Shown one piece after another: positions 42,077 through 52,195 of a stretch of DNA of 64,000 bases. The DNA is taken from assembly GCA_977862235.1 (NCBI GenBank), contig OZ374557.1, positions 3,906,001 to 3,970,000 of the forward strand, read 5' to 3'. Source of the DNA: Dudresnaya verticillata. Its lineage: Eukaryota. The position numbers and the translations under genes are program-made. Within the stretch, counting starts at the first letter, position 1. The number at the start of each line of letters is the position of its first letter. The notes beneath the pieces are model-generated. The model saw only the letters and a list, made by a program, of their open reading frames with translations, was not told the DNA's origin and did no database searches.

Positions 42077-45000
42077 ATGCCGCCGCCGCCGCCGCCGCCG
42101 CGCGCCGCCGCGCCGCCGCCCGACGCGGTCGTCGCCGCGCACACGGCCGCGCTGCGCCGCGCGTCGTCGTCGGCCACGCGCGTGTTCCACCTGCTGTCGC
42201 GCAGCGCTGCGCTGCTGTCGGCGCCGCCGACCGCGCCGCCGGCCGCGGCCGCGGCCGCGCGCGACGCCGCGGCCGCCGCGCAGCTGGCCCCGTCGCTGCC
42301 GGCCGTGTGGGCGGCCCTGCTCGCGGCGCACCTCGCCGCCGCGGACACCCTCGCAGCCGCCACCGCGCTCGACGAGGGCCTCACTCGCTGCCCGCACGAC
42401 CTCGCCCTGCGCCTCGCGCGCGACGCCCTCGACCCGCTGCACCGCCAGAGTCGCCGCGATGGGCGCCGCCAGGAGGAGGACCACGAGGAGGGCCACGAGG
42501 AGCTGGAGGATGACGAGCACCCGCTCGAGCCGAGCCTCTCGACCGACTGTATCCTCCCGTCACGCTCCGCTCCTGCTCGCGCTGCTGCACCGGTACCCGC
42601 GCCTGCAACCGCAACCGCAACCGCAACCGCAACCGCGTTGCCGGCTGTGCCTGCTGCCGCCCCCGCTGCTACGTCTGCTCCGGTCCCCATCCGCGCCCTG
42701 CAGCGTCCGATCCTCACCGCCCCGCTACCAGACACAGCCCCGCCCACCGCCGCACTACCCACCGCCGCCATCGCCGCCGCCCCTGTGCCCCCCTCCACCA
42801 CTACCACTACTGCCCCCGCCCCACCCACAGCAGAGACCGACCCGCTCCACCACCAACGTGCCCCATCCTCTCTCGGCACCCTCCCGTCCGCCCCACCCGA
42901 GTCGTCCCACCTCACTCCGGAGCCGGCCTCGCTGCCAACCATGTCCGCCCCGCACCCGCCGTACGCGCGCCAACACCCACACCAACCCCCCGATCCGCAC
43001 CCTTCCCAGTCCCCGCAACAGCCCGACCAAGCCCTGCTGGCCGCTGCGGACCGCTCGCTCTCGCTCAACGCCTACGCCCACGCCATCGCAAACTACACCA
43101 CCATCATCCGCCGCGCACAACGCGCCCACCCCACCCCGACCCTGCTGCGCGCCCTGCGCGGCCGCTCCACCGCTTGGCTGCGCAGCGCCCACCACGCCGC
43201 CGACGACCCGGCCTGCTTTGCCCACGCCGCCGCAGACGCGCACCGCCTCGTCGATCTCTGCCCCGCCTGGGACCATGCCTGGCTCTGCCTCGGCCTCGCA
43301 CACCTGGAGAACGGCTGCCCCGCCCGCGCCGCCCACGCCTTTCGCAACGGGCTCGCCACATGCCCGTCCTCTGTCCCGCTGGCAGAGGGGCTCCGCGACG
43401 CAGAGCTCGTCATCCAAGCAGAAGGCCCCGAGTCGGACTGGGAGGACGACTCGGTCCCGAGTATCACTGCCATCAGCACGGATGACGACAGTGGCTTTTT
43501 AGACGCCCTCGACGGCTCAGAGCCTCACCGACGCGACAACCGCGGTCGTCATGAGCCAATCCCCACAACCCAGTGGACAGACTGTGTTGACGATACCCCG
43601 TCCCCGGTTGTAGAAAATGCCTCCGCGTCCGCTGCAGCCGCACCCGTCGACCTTGCTGCGGTCGCACCCGAGGTCGCCCCCGCCGGGGGGACGTTTGGCA
43701 ACGTGGAAGCACAGCCCGTGCTAGACCACGCTTCTGCCGTTGCAACAGAACGACGCCGCAGGGCTGAGTTGCATGCGCGCGTCATCGACAGGGGCATGGA
43801 CATGGACCGCTATCGAGAAAGGGGCCCTATGGCAGACCACGACAGACAGCGAGAGAGCGAAAGGGATGCCAAGGTCCATGCGCCGAGTGCGCGACGGCTA
43901 CAGGAACACGAGGCTGCCAGTCCACGGGAAGCGATGCAGCGGGAAGCAATGCAGCGCGAGGCGATGCAGCGTGAGGCGATGCAGCGGGAGGCGATGCAGC
44001 GGGAAGCGATGCAACGGGAGGCAATACAACGGGAAGCGATACAACGGGAAGCGATGCAACAGGAGGCGATGCAACGGGAAGCGGTGCAACAGGAGGCGAT
44101 GCAACAGGAGGCGATGCAACGCGAGACTTCGTCGAGAAGGGAGGCCCACGAGAGCCTGGCGCGAGGGCGCAATGATCGAGGTCCAGAAGACCCATATCGA
44201 AATCAGCGCCGGCCAGATGACAGAGGACGCCGCGACCGCCCTCGGGAACAACATCGTGAGGACCAGCGCGAGATGCCTCGCACTCGGAGCCAGCAACGGC
44301 AGCAGTTCCAGCGCTGGTACGAAGATGAGCCGGGCTCCTCAGCAGCGATCGGAAGCGACCACCAACGACTCTACGACCTATTACAAGTACCGAGAACTGC
44401 TACCGAGGCAAGCATCAAACGCTCCTACTATAACCTCGCCAGAAAATACCACCCCGATAAGAATCGCAATGACGCCCAAGCGAAGGATAAGTTTCAACAA
44501 CTGGCAGAGGCATACCGAGTTTTGTCAGATCCGGAATCGCGTGCTGTATACGACAAGTATGGAGACAAGGGTCTTGTGAAGAACAGCGTCGATATGATCG
44601 ACCCATCAACCCTATTTGCAATGGTTTTCGGCTCAGATCAGTTTGTCAACCTCATCGGCGAGCTGCAGCTCGCCAGCCTCGCTACCAATGTCGACGAGAA
44701 TGGAAACACACCGACGAACGTCAATCTAAACAGCATTCAAAAGGCGCGAGTAGGCAAGCTAGCGCTGGAGATGGTCAAGATACTGAAGCCATGGGTTGAC
44801 GGTGACAAGAAGGGATTTTTGAGTGACATTCATCGGCAAATGCGTCGTTTGAAAGAGGCTAGCTTTGGGCCCTCACTCTTGCACACGGTTGGCAACGTCT
44901 ACGTACAACAAACGACGTACTTGTTGGACAAGAGCAAGCCCTTTAAGCAGTTTTCGGCAATGATGCGGAAAGCGTCTCTGCGTTCTCATCGTATCGCATC

Positions 45001-45523
45001 TCAACATAAGGCCATGGCGGCAGCTGGACGCGTGATGGAAAAGCAACGAAAATTGCATGACAGAGTGATGAGGTCTGGACGTGACAGTCGCTCAATCTCC
45101 GAAGAGGAAGCGAAGGAAATTGCAGTGGAAATGGCGCAGAATGCCATCGATATGATGTGGAAGATCTCCGTGATTGACATTGAGTCGACGTTGGAAGACG
45201 TGTTGAACATCGTGCTGTCCGGACGGGACCTTGTTGCCGATGGCGAACTCAACGCTTCCGGCAGCACTCCCGCTGCATCCCCCGAAGATGTCGAGAAGTC
45301 GAGACCGTGGCTGCGTATTGGATCTCATTTGACGAGAGATAGAGACAAGGAGCCACGGAGCGATCGCTCGCGCGAAGCAAGCGAGAAGCCAGACGTTGGC
45401 TTTGTGCGACCGGGACCACCTCTGCAGCATGGCGAGAAGGCAATGACGCGCCAGGAGATCCTCAGCGAGCGAGCCTATGGAATTCAGGCAATGGGCCGAA
45501 TTTTCGCTTCTGCCTTGCGGTAG
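42077..45523 (+). CDS. TPR-like region + pentapeptide repeat + J domain + DnaJ-X-type C-terminal region
   Basis: TPR-like helices (YAHAIANYT..P.W..AWLCLGLA..A..AF..GL...P) and a J domain (LYDLLQV..IKRSYYNLARKYHPDKN..FQQLAEAYRVLSDPESRAVYDKYG), followed by DP..LFAMVFGS. The start is uncertain. Confidence 0.85.
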   Translation: MPPPPPPPRAAAPPPDAVVAAHTAALRRASSSATRVFHLLSRSAALLSAPPTAPPAAAAAARDAAAAAQLAPSLPAVWAALLAAHLAAADTLAAATALDEGLTRCPHDLALRLARDALDPLHRQSRRDGRRQEEDHEEGHEELEDDEHPLEPSLSTDCILPSRSAPARAAAPVPAPATATATATATALPAVPAAAPAATSAPVPIRALQRPILTAPLPDTAPPTAALPTAAIAAAPVPPSTTTTTAPAPPTAETDPLHHQRAPSSLGTLPSAPPESSHLTPEPASLPTMSAPHPPYARQHPHQPPDPHPSQSPQQPDQALLAAADRSLSLNAYAHAIANYTTIIRRAQRAHPTPTLLRALRGRSTAWLRSAHHAADDPACFAHAAADAHRLVDLCPAWDHAWLCLGLAHLENGCPARAAHAFRNGLATCPSSVPLAEGLRDAELVIQAEGPESDWEDDSVPSITAISTDDDSGFLDALDGSEPHRRDNRGRHEPIPTTQWTDCVDDTPSPVVENASASAAAAPVDLAAVAPEVAPAGGTFGNVEAQPVLDHASAVATERRRRAELHARVIDRGMDMDRYRERGPMADHDRQRESERDAKVHAPSARRLQEHEAASPREAMQREAMQREAMQREAMQREAMQREAMQREAIQREAIQREAMQQEAMQREAVQQEAMQQEAMQRETSSRREAHESLARGRNDRGPEDPYRNQRRPDDRGRRDRPREQHREDQREMPRTRSQQRQQFQRWYEDEPGSSAAIGSDHQRLYDLLQVPRTATEASIKRSYYNLARKYHPDKNRNDAQAKDKFQQLAEAYRVLSDPESRAVYDKYGDKGLVKNSVDMIDPSTLFAMVFGSDQFVNLIGELQLASLATNVDENGNTPTNVNLNSIQKARVGKLALEMVKILKPWVDGDKKGFLSDIHRQMRRLKEASFGPSLLHTVGNVYVQQTTYLLDKSKPFKQFSAMMRKASLRSHRIASQHKAMAAAGRVMEKQRKLHDRVMRSGRDSRSISEEEAKEIAVEMAQNAIDMMWKISVIDIESTLEDVLNIVLSGRDLVADGELNASGSTPAASPEDVEKSRPWLRIGSHLTRDRDKEPRSDRSREASEKPDVGFVRPGPPLQHGEKAMTRQEILSERAYGIQAMGRIFASALR
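43925..44119 (+). repeat. Coding 15-bp tandem repeat, 13 units encoding (R/Q)EA(M/I/V)Q
   Basis: CGGGAAGCGATGCAG-type units read directly. Confidence 0.92.
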
Positions 45524-46171
45524 TCTTCCCGCATCAAAGAATGTCACCCCTCCGTTTGCTCTTGCTGAGCATGGGTGGGAAGAGTCGTGTTTGAAACAGC
45601 CATTTTGCACATACATCATTAACTTGTTCTGGCTGCACAGTAGGCACTCGCTGCTGCCACACACTTATTTCTCGGCTTCCGGCTCACGGCAACAGCGTGC
45701 TAGCAACTAGCGAAGAACGCTTCTTTGTTTTCTACGCACAGACAGTAAGAGATTAGCTGAGCTTGTCTCATGTAATAGACATTTCAACAAACAGCTGCTA
45801 AAGCAAAGCCAGACCACTTGGCCTGGAGCTACCTTTTGCTCTGCAATGGGGCTTCCAACTTGGCGCAAATTATCAACGCATGCATCTGTAGCCGAATTTG
45901 AACCGACAGTCGTCCCTCGAACTAGGCAGTTGAGCCAACTGGCTTTGTTTAAGAAACATATAAAGCTCTGAGAGACGAGAAGAGAGACTGTTCTCTGCAG
46001 GCATCAGTACACCTGACGGCTCTAATTCTGAAGTGAAACACACAGTTTGATGCACGTTAAGTGCAACTGTGTTAGTAACAACTGAAGCGGCGCCAAACAA
46101 TCTGCACGAAAAAGGTGAAGAGCCGGATAGTTTAACCGCAAATGCTGTCCGAGGCCTCTTCTTGCGTGTAC

Positions 46172-46218
46172 AAGCTCTAGCTAGAGCTAGAAGCTCTAGC
46201 TAGAGCTAGAGCTAGAGA
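46172..46218. repeat. Tandem 19-bp repeat, each copy holding the 16-bp palindrome AGCTCTAGCTAGAGCT
   Basis: Perfect palindromes at 46173-46188 and 46192-46207, followed by a partial unit. Confidence 0.85.
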
Positions 46219-46559
46219 GATCTGCAAATTGTTCTTCTGTCCTGCACACTCGAAAAAGAGTTTCGAACACTCATAAGCACAAATAACAGTTGCAACGCAC
46301 AGCAAAAATATCAGAATACCGTAACGCAAGGCGGCCGTATTACTGTGGCCGAATTGTTCATGTTCAGTAACATAAAGAGTCTTGAACAGTTAGCTTCTCT
46401 TCTCTGTCCACCTGTATCAAGAACAGTTCCTTGCTTCCGTGTCATGCACTACGCAAGTACGTCCTTCTAGCGATTAGCTCGCTGAGAGCATGCCGGAATA
46501 AGTCTTGATCTCGGGCATTCAACGGATGCCAAACACCGGGTACCCCCAATAAGCCCGCA

Positions 46560-47105
46560 CTACTTAACTAGCGGCGCCCTCTCCGACGAGACATGTTCGT
46601 CTTCGTCTGAGTCACTAAACAAGTTGTCAATCCACACTTGAGCGACAAGCTTAACCACATACAGCGTACAGGAAATGAGCGCGAACAGCACGAGCGAAAT
46701 GGCGAGGGCAGTCCACCCAACGCTGTTGTACTTAAACAAGAAGCCAACGACAGAAATTAGGGCGCACCCCGCGGGAGCGAGCAGGGCGCTCTCGGACGCT
46801 GTGGAGAAAGCGGCATCCAAGACCTTGAGAATAATGCGCTTTGGAACGCCGCGCAGGCCGGATTCTTCATCGGCGTCCTCGACGATCTCCGCAATCTCGT
46901 CCTTCTTCGACGTGACATACCAGCCCGCGACAAGCGCGACGAGGACGATCGGGATGATGAGCGGAGCGTACACGTGCCATGCTGCAAACGATAGCAGCGC
47001 TGCTACGGCGATGATGAGGGCGATGGAAAGTCGGTGGGCTATCTTGACGGCGCTGGCGATGATGTCCAGCGCCTGATCCACTCGCCGCCTAAGGGACCCC
47101 GGCAT
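46560..47105 (-). CDS. Unknown small multi-pass membrane protein
   Basis: 181-aa ORF with about 4 hydrophobic segments and a C-terminal acidic/ERAPLV tail. Confidence 0.7.
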   Translation of the reverse strand: MPGSLRRRVDQALDIIASAVKIAHRLSIALIIAVAALLSFAAWHVYAPLIIPIVLVALVAGWYVTSKKDEIAEIVEDADEESGLRGVPKRIILKVLDAAFSTASESALLAPAGCALISVVGFLFKYNSVGWTALAISLVLFALISCTLYVVKLVAQVWIDNLFSDSDEDEHVSSERAPLVK

Positions 47106-47682
47106 GGCGGATTTCACTCGTTTCGCGGCAACTTTGGTTGCAGCGGGGTCTTCTTGTGAGTCTCGCGGGTGGGTGGGCGTCGCCCTGGCGCTGGCAGCAT
47201 GAACAGGGTGTGGGATGAACGTCGCTCGTCAGGTGGCTGGCTTTGTAACCCGACTTTCCCAACTGGGCTGCATTTCCTCGCTGATGAGGTACTGTTGACA
47301 AATACGACTTCAGCAAAGTCCGACGGCCGTTTCTTTGGCTGAAGCAGAAGGCCCTTTCCGCGGACACGGCGGAAAGGCCGAGCGTTTGTGCTGTATCTAC
47401 TGTGACGAGGACGAACGCTCGCAGCGGCCAACGGAACGAACGGCCGTCTGAGAGTTTTTCCCAAATTTAGGTTTCTACGAATGTGTTTTGTTTGTGTATG
47501 TGATTGTAATGGAGTTGGGCTGTGTGTATCTCCACGTCCTCAGCTCAAAGAGATCGCCAACACAACGACTGCAGCGTCGTTCTCCAGTCCTCCACCACGC
47601 CGCAACACCTCGAGTTGCGGCATCCAATCCTCCTCTCGCGCTTGATACGGCCCTTGGCAAAGTCCTGTCCCAGGCCTCAGCC

Positions 47683-48492
47683 ATGCCGTTTGCCGCTTTT
47701 GTGTCTGCCGGCCCCGGTCAGCTGGCGTGTTCTTCATGGACAGATTGTGCGACTTCAAGAAGACCCACATCCTGCGGCAAAGCCCAGTCTTTCAAGGGGG
47801 GTTACTGGCCACCGCGACGGTCGCGCCAAGGCTTGTACCCGCCAGCGCAAGATCGCCGTGCCGCGGCCTGGTCAGCAGCGCAGCGCAATGCGCCGATCTC
47901 AGCGGTCAGCAACCAGAACGGCGCGCCTTCAACAGCAGCAGGCTCCGCTACGCAGTTGCAAATGCAATACGTGCGATCCGCGCTCTCTGAAGTGCGGAGC
48001 TACGTGGTTTACACGGCTGTGCCGATGCTCTTAACGGGGTCGCTCGCGCTGCCCGCGTTCGCGGAAGGCGAGCAAGCAAGCGTGGGTGCAGGGGTGGACG
48101 ACGGCTCAGACTTTTTATCGGAAGCGGCTAAGGACAACTCGACGCTTTCGCGGATTCTGGGCACGACGGTGCTTGTGCTGCTGATATACGCGACGATCGG
48201 GGTGATCATTCTGACGATCAACTCGTTCATAATCTCGCAAAACGACCGGCGCGAGCGCAAGGAGATTGCGAGGCGGCTCGCAGCCAACCCTGGGCTGACG
48301 AAGATGTCGGACGCCGGGACCGAGGTGCGGCCGCCCAAGAGGGGCGGCGCGGGTGGTGGTGCAGGTATGGTTGGTAGTGGGAACCGCGAGCAGCGGCGGT
48401 TGGAAGCGAAGGCTAGGGAGCGCGAGGAGAGGGAGAAGAAGCGGAAGGAGAAGAAGTCGAAGGCGAGGAGCGGTGGGACGGAGGAAGAGTGA
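47683..48492 (+). CDS. Putative thylakoid membrane protein of unknown function
   Basis: MPFAAFVS transit start, lumen-signal-like MLLTGSLALPAFA, one TM segment and a basic C-terminus. Confidence 0.7.
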   Translation: MPFAAFVSAGPGQLACSSWTDCATSRRPTSCGKAQSFKGGYWPPRRSRQGLYPPAQDRRAAAWSAAQRNAPISAVSNQNGAPSTAAGSATQLQMQYVRSALSEVRSYVVYTAVPMLLTGSLALPAFAEGEQASVGAGVDDGSDFLSEAAKDNSTLSRILGTTVLVLLIYATIGVIILTINSFIISQNDRRERKEIARRLAANPGLTKMSDAGTEVRPPKRGGAGGGAGMVGSGNREQRRLEAKAREREEREKKRKEKKSKARSGGTEEE

Positions 48493-49845
48493 GATGGTTG
48501 ATGTGGTTGGGGGTTTGGGCGAATGCGGCGGGTTGCATAGTGTGGCAGAGATGTAAAGACACTCTCAAGTTGGGTTGGGGTGTGGTCAAGTTGTCAGCAA
48601 AAGCATGTACTACGACGTGGTGGTAGGTGTAATAGAGATGGTGCAAAGTTTGGTTTATGGCACAGCAAATACTGTAACGGGATTAGTACTACGGCAATAA
48701 TAAGCAGTTGCTCCACTGTTCTTACCAGACGTCAGCACGCACATGGACATTCGTCGGTACTGTTGTACCTATTGTCGCATCTATTCTTGGACAGAGAAGA
48801 AGGGCAATTGCTGCTGCTGCTGCAAGCATAGTGTGTTGATACTATTGGTACTACAACTGACAGGCATTTTTGTTATGAGGTTGTCATTGTCAGTTTTGCA
48901 ATGGGGACTGGGTGTATGGTACGTACGCAGCATTCAAGGTGGGAGGTAGTGCGCGAGGTGTGGGCTGATCGGGGTAGGGCTAGGGGCTGGAAACCACTTG
49001 CTATAGCGTTATCTCCACGGTGCTGAACGTGCCCTACTCGGCTGATCGTTTCAAGCGGATGAGAGTTTGGTGAGTTGACATCTGGCTCTACTGCAGCTTG
49101 CGTGCAGGCAGTTGCATTTCTAAAGGAGAGCGCAGCGACAGACAATGGAGCGACGAGGAGAAGAAGCAAAAGCGCGATGCTTCGGCGGGCTGTGATGAAA
49201 TTGTCTGCAAAAGGCGCGCATATGCGGCCGCGCGCGTGGTACAGTGTCGTGGTAGGCCCAACCGCGACGAGCTGCCCCTGTGACATGAGCGCCGTCGTCG
49301 CTTCTTGCGGCGTCGCTTGCCGTCGTGGCCGTCGTGGCCGTCGTGGCCGACAATCGTCGGGGCATCGTCGGGGCATCGTCCCCCGTCCCGCACCGCCGCC
49401 GCCGCCGCCGCCGCCACCGCCACCGCACGCCGATAGTGGTGCAAGCGCCAGCCACGCGGTTCACGGCGACACTCGCAGCTCGCGACACACATACGTAAGC
49501 AACCGCGCTGTAGGTACACTGTGCGCTGTGGCCAGCGGCGGGAAACGGCGGGAACGCGCCGGCGCGGCCATGGGCGCCGCCATCGCCGCGCCAAATGCGC
49601 AACCTTCGGAGCGCGCCACTTGCGCCGAGCGGAGCCGCCGCAGCGCTCGCGCGAACGGCGGCGACTTTATAACAGACTCGAGTCGAGTCAGGCGGTGCCT
49701 ATGCTTATCTCATCAGCATGCCCCCTCCGCCCTCCCCTCCCTCCGCCGCGCCGCGCACTTGACGCACACGCACACGCGGTCCACCGCGCAGCGACGCGCA
49801 CGGAGTGCAGCCGCCGACCAAATCGTCGGCGCGGGAAACCGCGTG

Positions 49846-49885
49846 CGCCGCGCCGCGCCGCGCCGCGCCGCGCCGCGCCGCGCCG
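49846..49885. repeat. (CGCCG)8 microsatellite
   Basis: Read directly from the sequence. Confidence 0.9.
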
Positions 49886-50347
49886 ACGACGCATAGTGTC
49901 ACACGCTCGCAGTACAGTATTCGCCGACGACAAACGCGCGCACACTTTGTCTATTAACGCCCTGAAGCTCGCCCATGTGGCGCGCGCCCGCTTCTCCATC
50001 ACAACCCGCCGCAAGCAGCGCGTCGCTGCAGCGCCCGCACACGGTCAGTATCGTCCTCGGCAATCACCGTCGCCCGCGTCGTCGCCGCTTGAGCTGAGTT
50101 CACCGCGGCCCCGTCCAGTGTGCATCGAGTCTCTTCCGCAACCCCGGCAATCTCCTGTCAACTCTTCCAAACCTGTGCCGACACCAAACCACCTTAGTCT
50201 CCCGTCTCCACCTAACCCCCCCTGTTCTGCAACCCCCCCGCCACCCCCGCACCCGCCACCCCCCTCGCCCCTAAATGTCCCCAACGCGCTCCCCGCCCGG
50301 CGCCGTCGCGACCCCGCACCACCCCGCTCTGTCGCCCGCGCCCCGCC

Positions 50348-52195
50348 ATGCCGCTCCCCGTCAAGCGCCGCTCGCTCTCCTTCCTGCTCGTCCTCACCCT
50401 TGCCTTCTCCTCCTTCACCGCCCTCTTCCTACGCACCTTTACCGCCTCCCCATCGCTTGTTGACCACCTCCACCGGGAGCTCTCCGTGTCCCAGACCATT
50501 GCCACCACCATCTCCGCCTCCTCCTCCGCCTCCTACGCCGCCTCCTCCTCCGCCTTCTCCTCCGCCTCCCGCCACACCCCATCCTACGACCCGCGTCCAG
50601 ACGTCCCGGTCGTCGTCGAGACCATCGATACCCAGCTGGACGACCACCCACCGTCACTGTCTGGCGACGTTGTCATCCCAGCTCCCCCGCCCTCCTACTT
50701 GCGCCACGGTCCCGACGTCATCCTGCGCAACCGCTCCCTCCCCGCCTCACTCCAGCATGCACCGCCTCCACCGGGTGACCTCTGCCTCAACCTCGACTTC
50801 AACCCGAACGCATGGAAGCCCTGGCAGTTCAACTCACGCACCCTCTGCGTCACCCAGGCTGCCTGCGTCCCGCCCTTTGCTCCCGGACTGTGGCAGCCTA
50901 ACTTCAACCCCTCCAAAACCCGCTGCGCCCACGCCGGCGCCGATCTACGCCCCATGTCCGGCAACAAGGACTTTTCGTACTTTGGCGGTTGCTCCGCCTT
51001 TAGGTGGCACAAGATGGCCTGTGCGTACGGTGGGGGCTTGTATCGCGATCCGAGGACCGCTACTTGCCCCAACGCAGCCTGGAACCCTGGTGCGGGCGAG
51101 GCCAGGTGGCTCGATGGTACCACCATTTTCGTCCCGCGCTACCCCTTTCCGTCGTATATTTACCACTTTGTCAACGTCGTCACCACCCTCACCCTCGTTG
51201 CCGAAAATCTCCCAAACTTGCTCAATGCCTACGGCGTGACACAGAGCAATTCTGGGTCCCGCCTAAACATTGTCTTCCTCAGCCCTCGCAACAGGCATTT
51301 GTGGCAAAAGGGCGTCATGGACGTTCTCTTTCGTCAGCACATCGAGAGGCGCTATGACTTGCACGTCTACTACTCAAAGGAACACAGGGTCTCGGCCATT
51401 TGCGGCCAGCGCACTGTACTTCTGGGCCGGAGAGCACAGGTCAACCTTTGGCCGTTTTTGAACAGCACTAGCATCGAGTTTGACGGCAGGTTTGTACCAA
51501 AGGACTCGGTCGAGTTTAGACGCGCCTTCTATAAGGAATACAGTATCAGTGGACGCCTTCCGCAAGGTCCCAGCGGAATATCAGAGTTGCCACCGATGGC
51601 TGTAGGCTACTCGCGACGCCTGGGGCCTGCGGCTGCGGGAGGTAATGTACACACAGAGGGCTCAGTCCGTCGGTTTTCACCAAAAGACGAAGAATGGTTT
51701 GCTCATATGTTGGAGGAGGAGACGCGTGCCGCGGGAGCGACGTTGAAGATATTTGCGACAGACAAGAATGAGACGCTGGAACAACAGATTCGCAAGTTTG
51801 GAGGGTTCGGATTTGTAATAGGGATTCACGGTGCAAACTTGCTGAATGCAATATTCATGCGGCCGTTTGGGGTAATGCTTGAGATCTTCCCCAACGGAGC
51901 CGACTCTGAGTGCTATTGGGCTGGCAGTAATTCTGGGCTGATGTACATGCGGCATGAATCGACCGAGCGAGCGACACCCGAGGAGAGCGGGTGCCTGCCC
52001 GAACACAAGCAGTGTTGGATCGAACCCAAGTTCTTGCGGCAGCGCATGGTCAAGCTAGGCAGTAGGGCAGATCGAGACGGAGTGCGGATGAAAGTCAGGA
52101 AAGGGTTGCGACACCTTCGCACGCTGCGCCGAAACTTCCCGAACGGTATTCCCGTTGATTTCAAGCGAGTCAAGGGCGGGTATCAAATGCCATGA
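50348..52195 (+). CDS. Type II membrane glycosyltransferase, GT61/DUF563-like
   Basis: N-terminal TM, YIYHF, and LEQQIRKF..VIGIHGANLLNAIFMRP..MLEIFP, which match the GT61 HGA motif. Confidence 0.85.
   Translation: MPLPVKRRSLSFLLVLTLAFSSFTALFLRTFTASPSLVDHLHRELSVSQTIATTISASSSASYAASSSAFSSASRHTPSYDPRPDVPVVVETIDTQLDDHPPSLSGDVVIPAPPPSYLRHGPDVILRNRSLPASLQHAPPPPGDLCLNLDFNPNAWKPWQFNSRTLCVTQAACVPPFAPGLWQPNFNPSKTRCAHAGADLRPMSGNKDFSYFGGCSAFRWHKMACAYGGGLYRDPRTATCPNAAWNPGAGEARWLDGTTIFVPRYPFPSYIYHFVNVVTTLTLVAENLPNLLNAYGVTQSNSGSRLNIVFLSPRNRHLWQKGVMDVLFRQHIERRYDLHVYYSKEHRVSAICGQRTVLLGRRAQVNLWPFLNSTSIEFDGRFVPKDSVEFRRAFYKEYSISGRLPQGPSGISELPPMAVGYSRRLGPAAAGGNVHTEGSVRRFSPKDEEWFAHMLEEETRAAGATLKIFATDKNETLEQQIRKFGGFGFVIGIHGANLLNAIFMRPFGVMLEIFPNGADSECYWAGSNSGLMYMRHESTERATPEESGCLPEHKQCWIEPKFLRQRMVKLGSRADRDGVRMKVRKGLRHLRTLRRNFPNGIPVDFKRVKGGYQMP

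Noticed and set aside
43925..44119. Regular repeat array considered as CRISPR-like
   Set aside because: Head-to-tail 15-bp units with no spacers, in frame within a eukaryotic gene.
45741..45760. ACAGTAAGAGATTAGC resembling the U6 ACAGAGA/AGC core
   Set aside because: Mismatched core and no flanking U6 sequence.
48873..49376. 167-aa minus ORF with one hydrophobic stretch
   Set aside because: Begins in short tandem repeats and has no recognisable homology; coding status unsupported.
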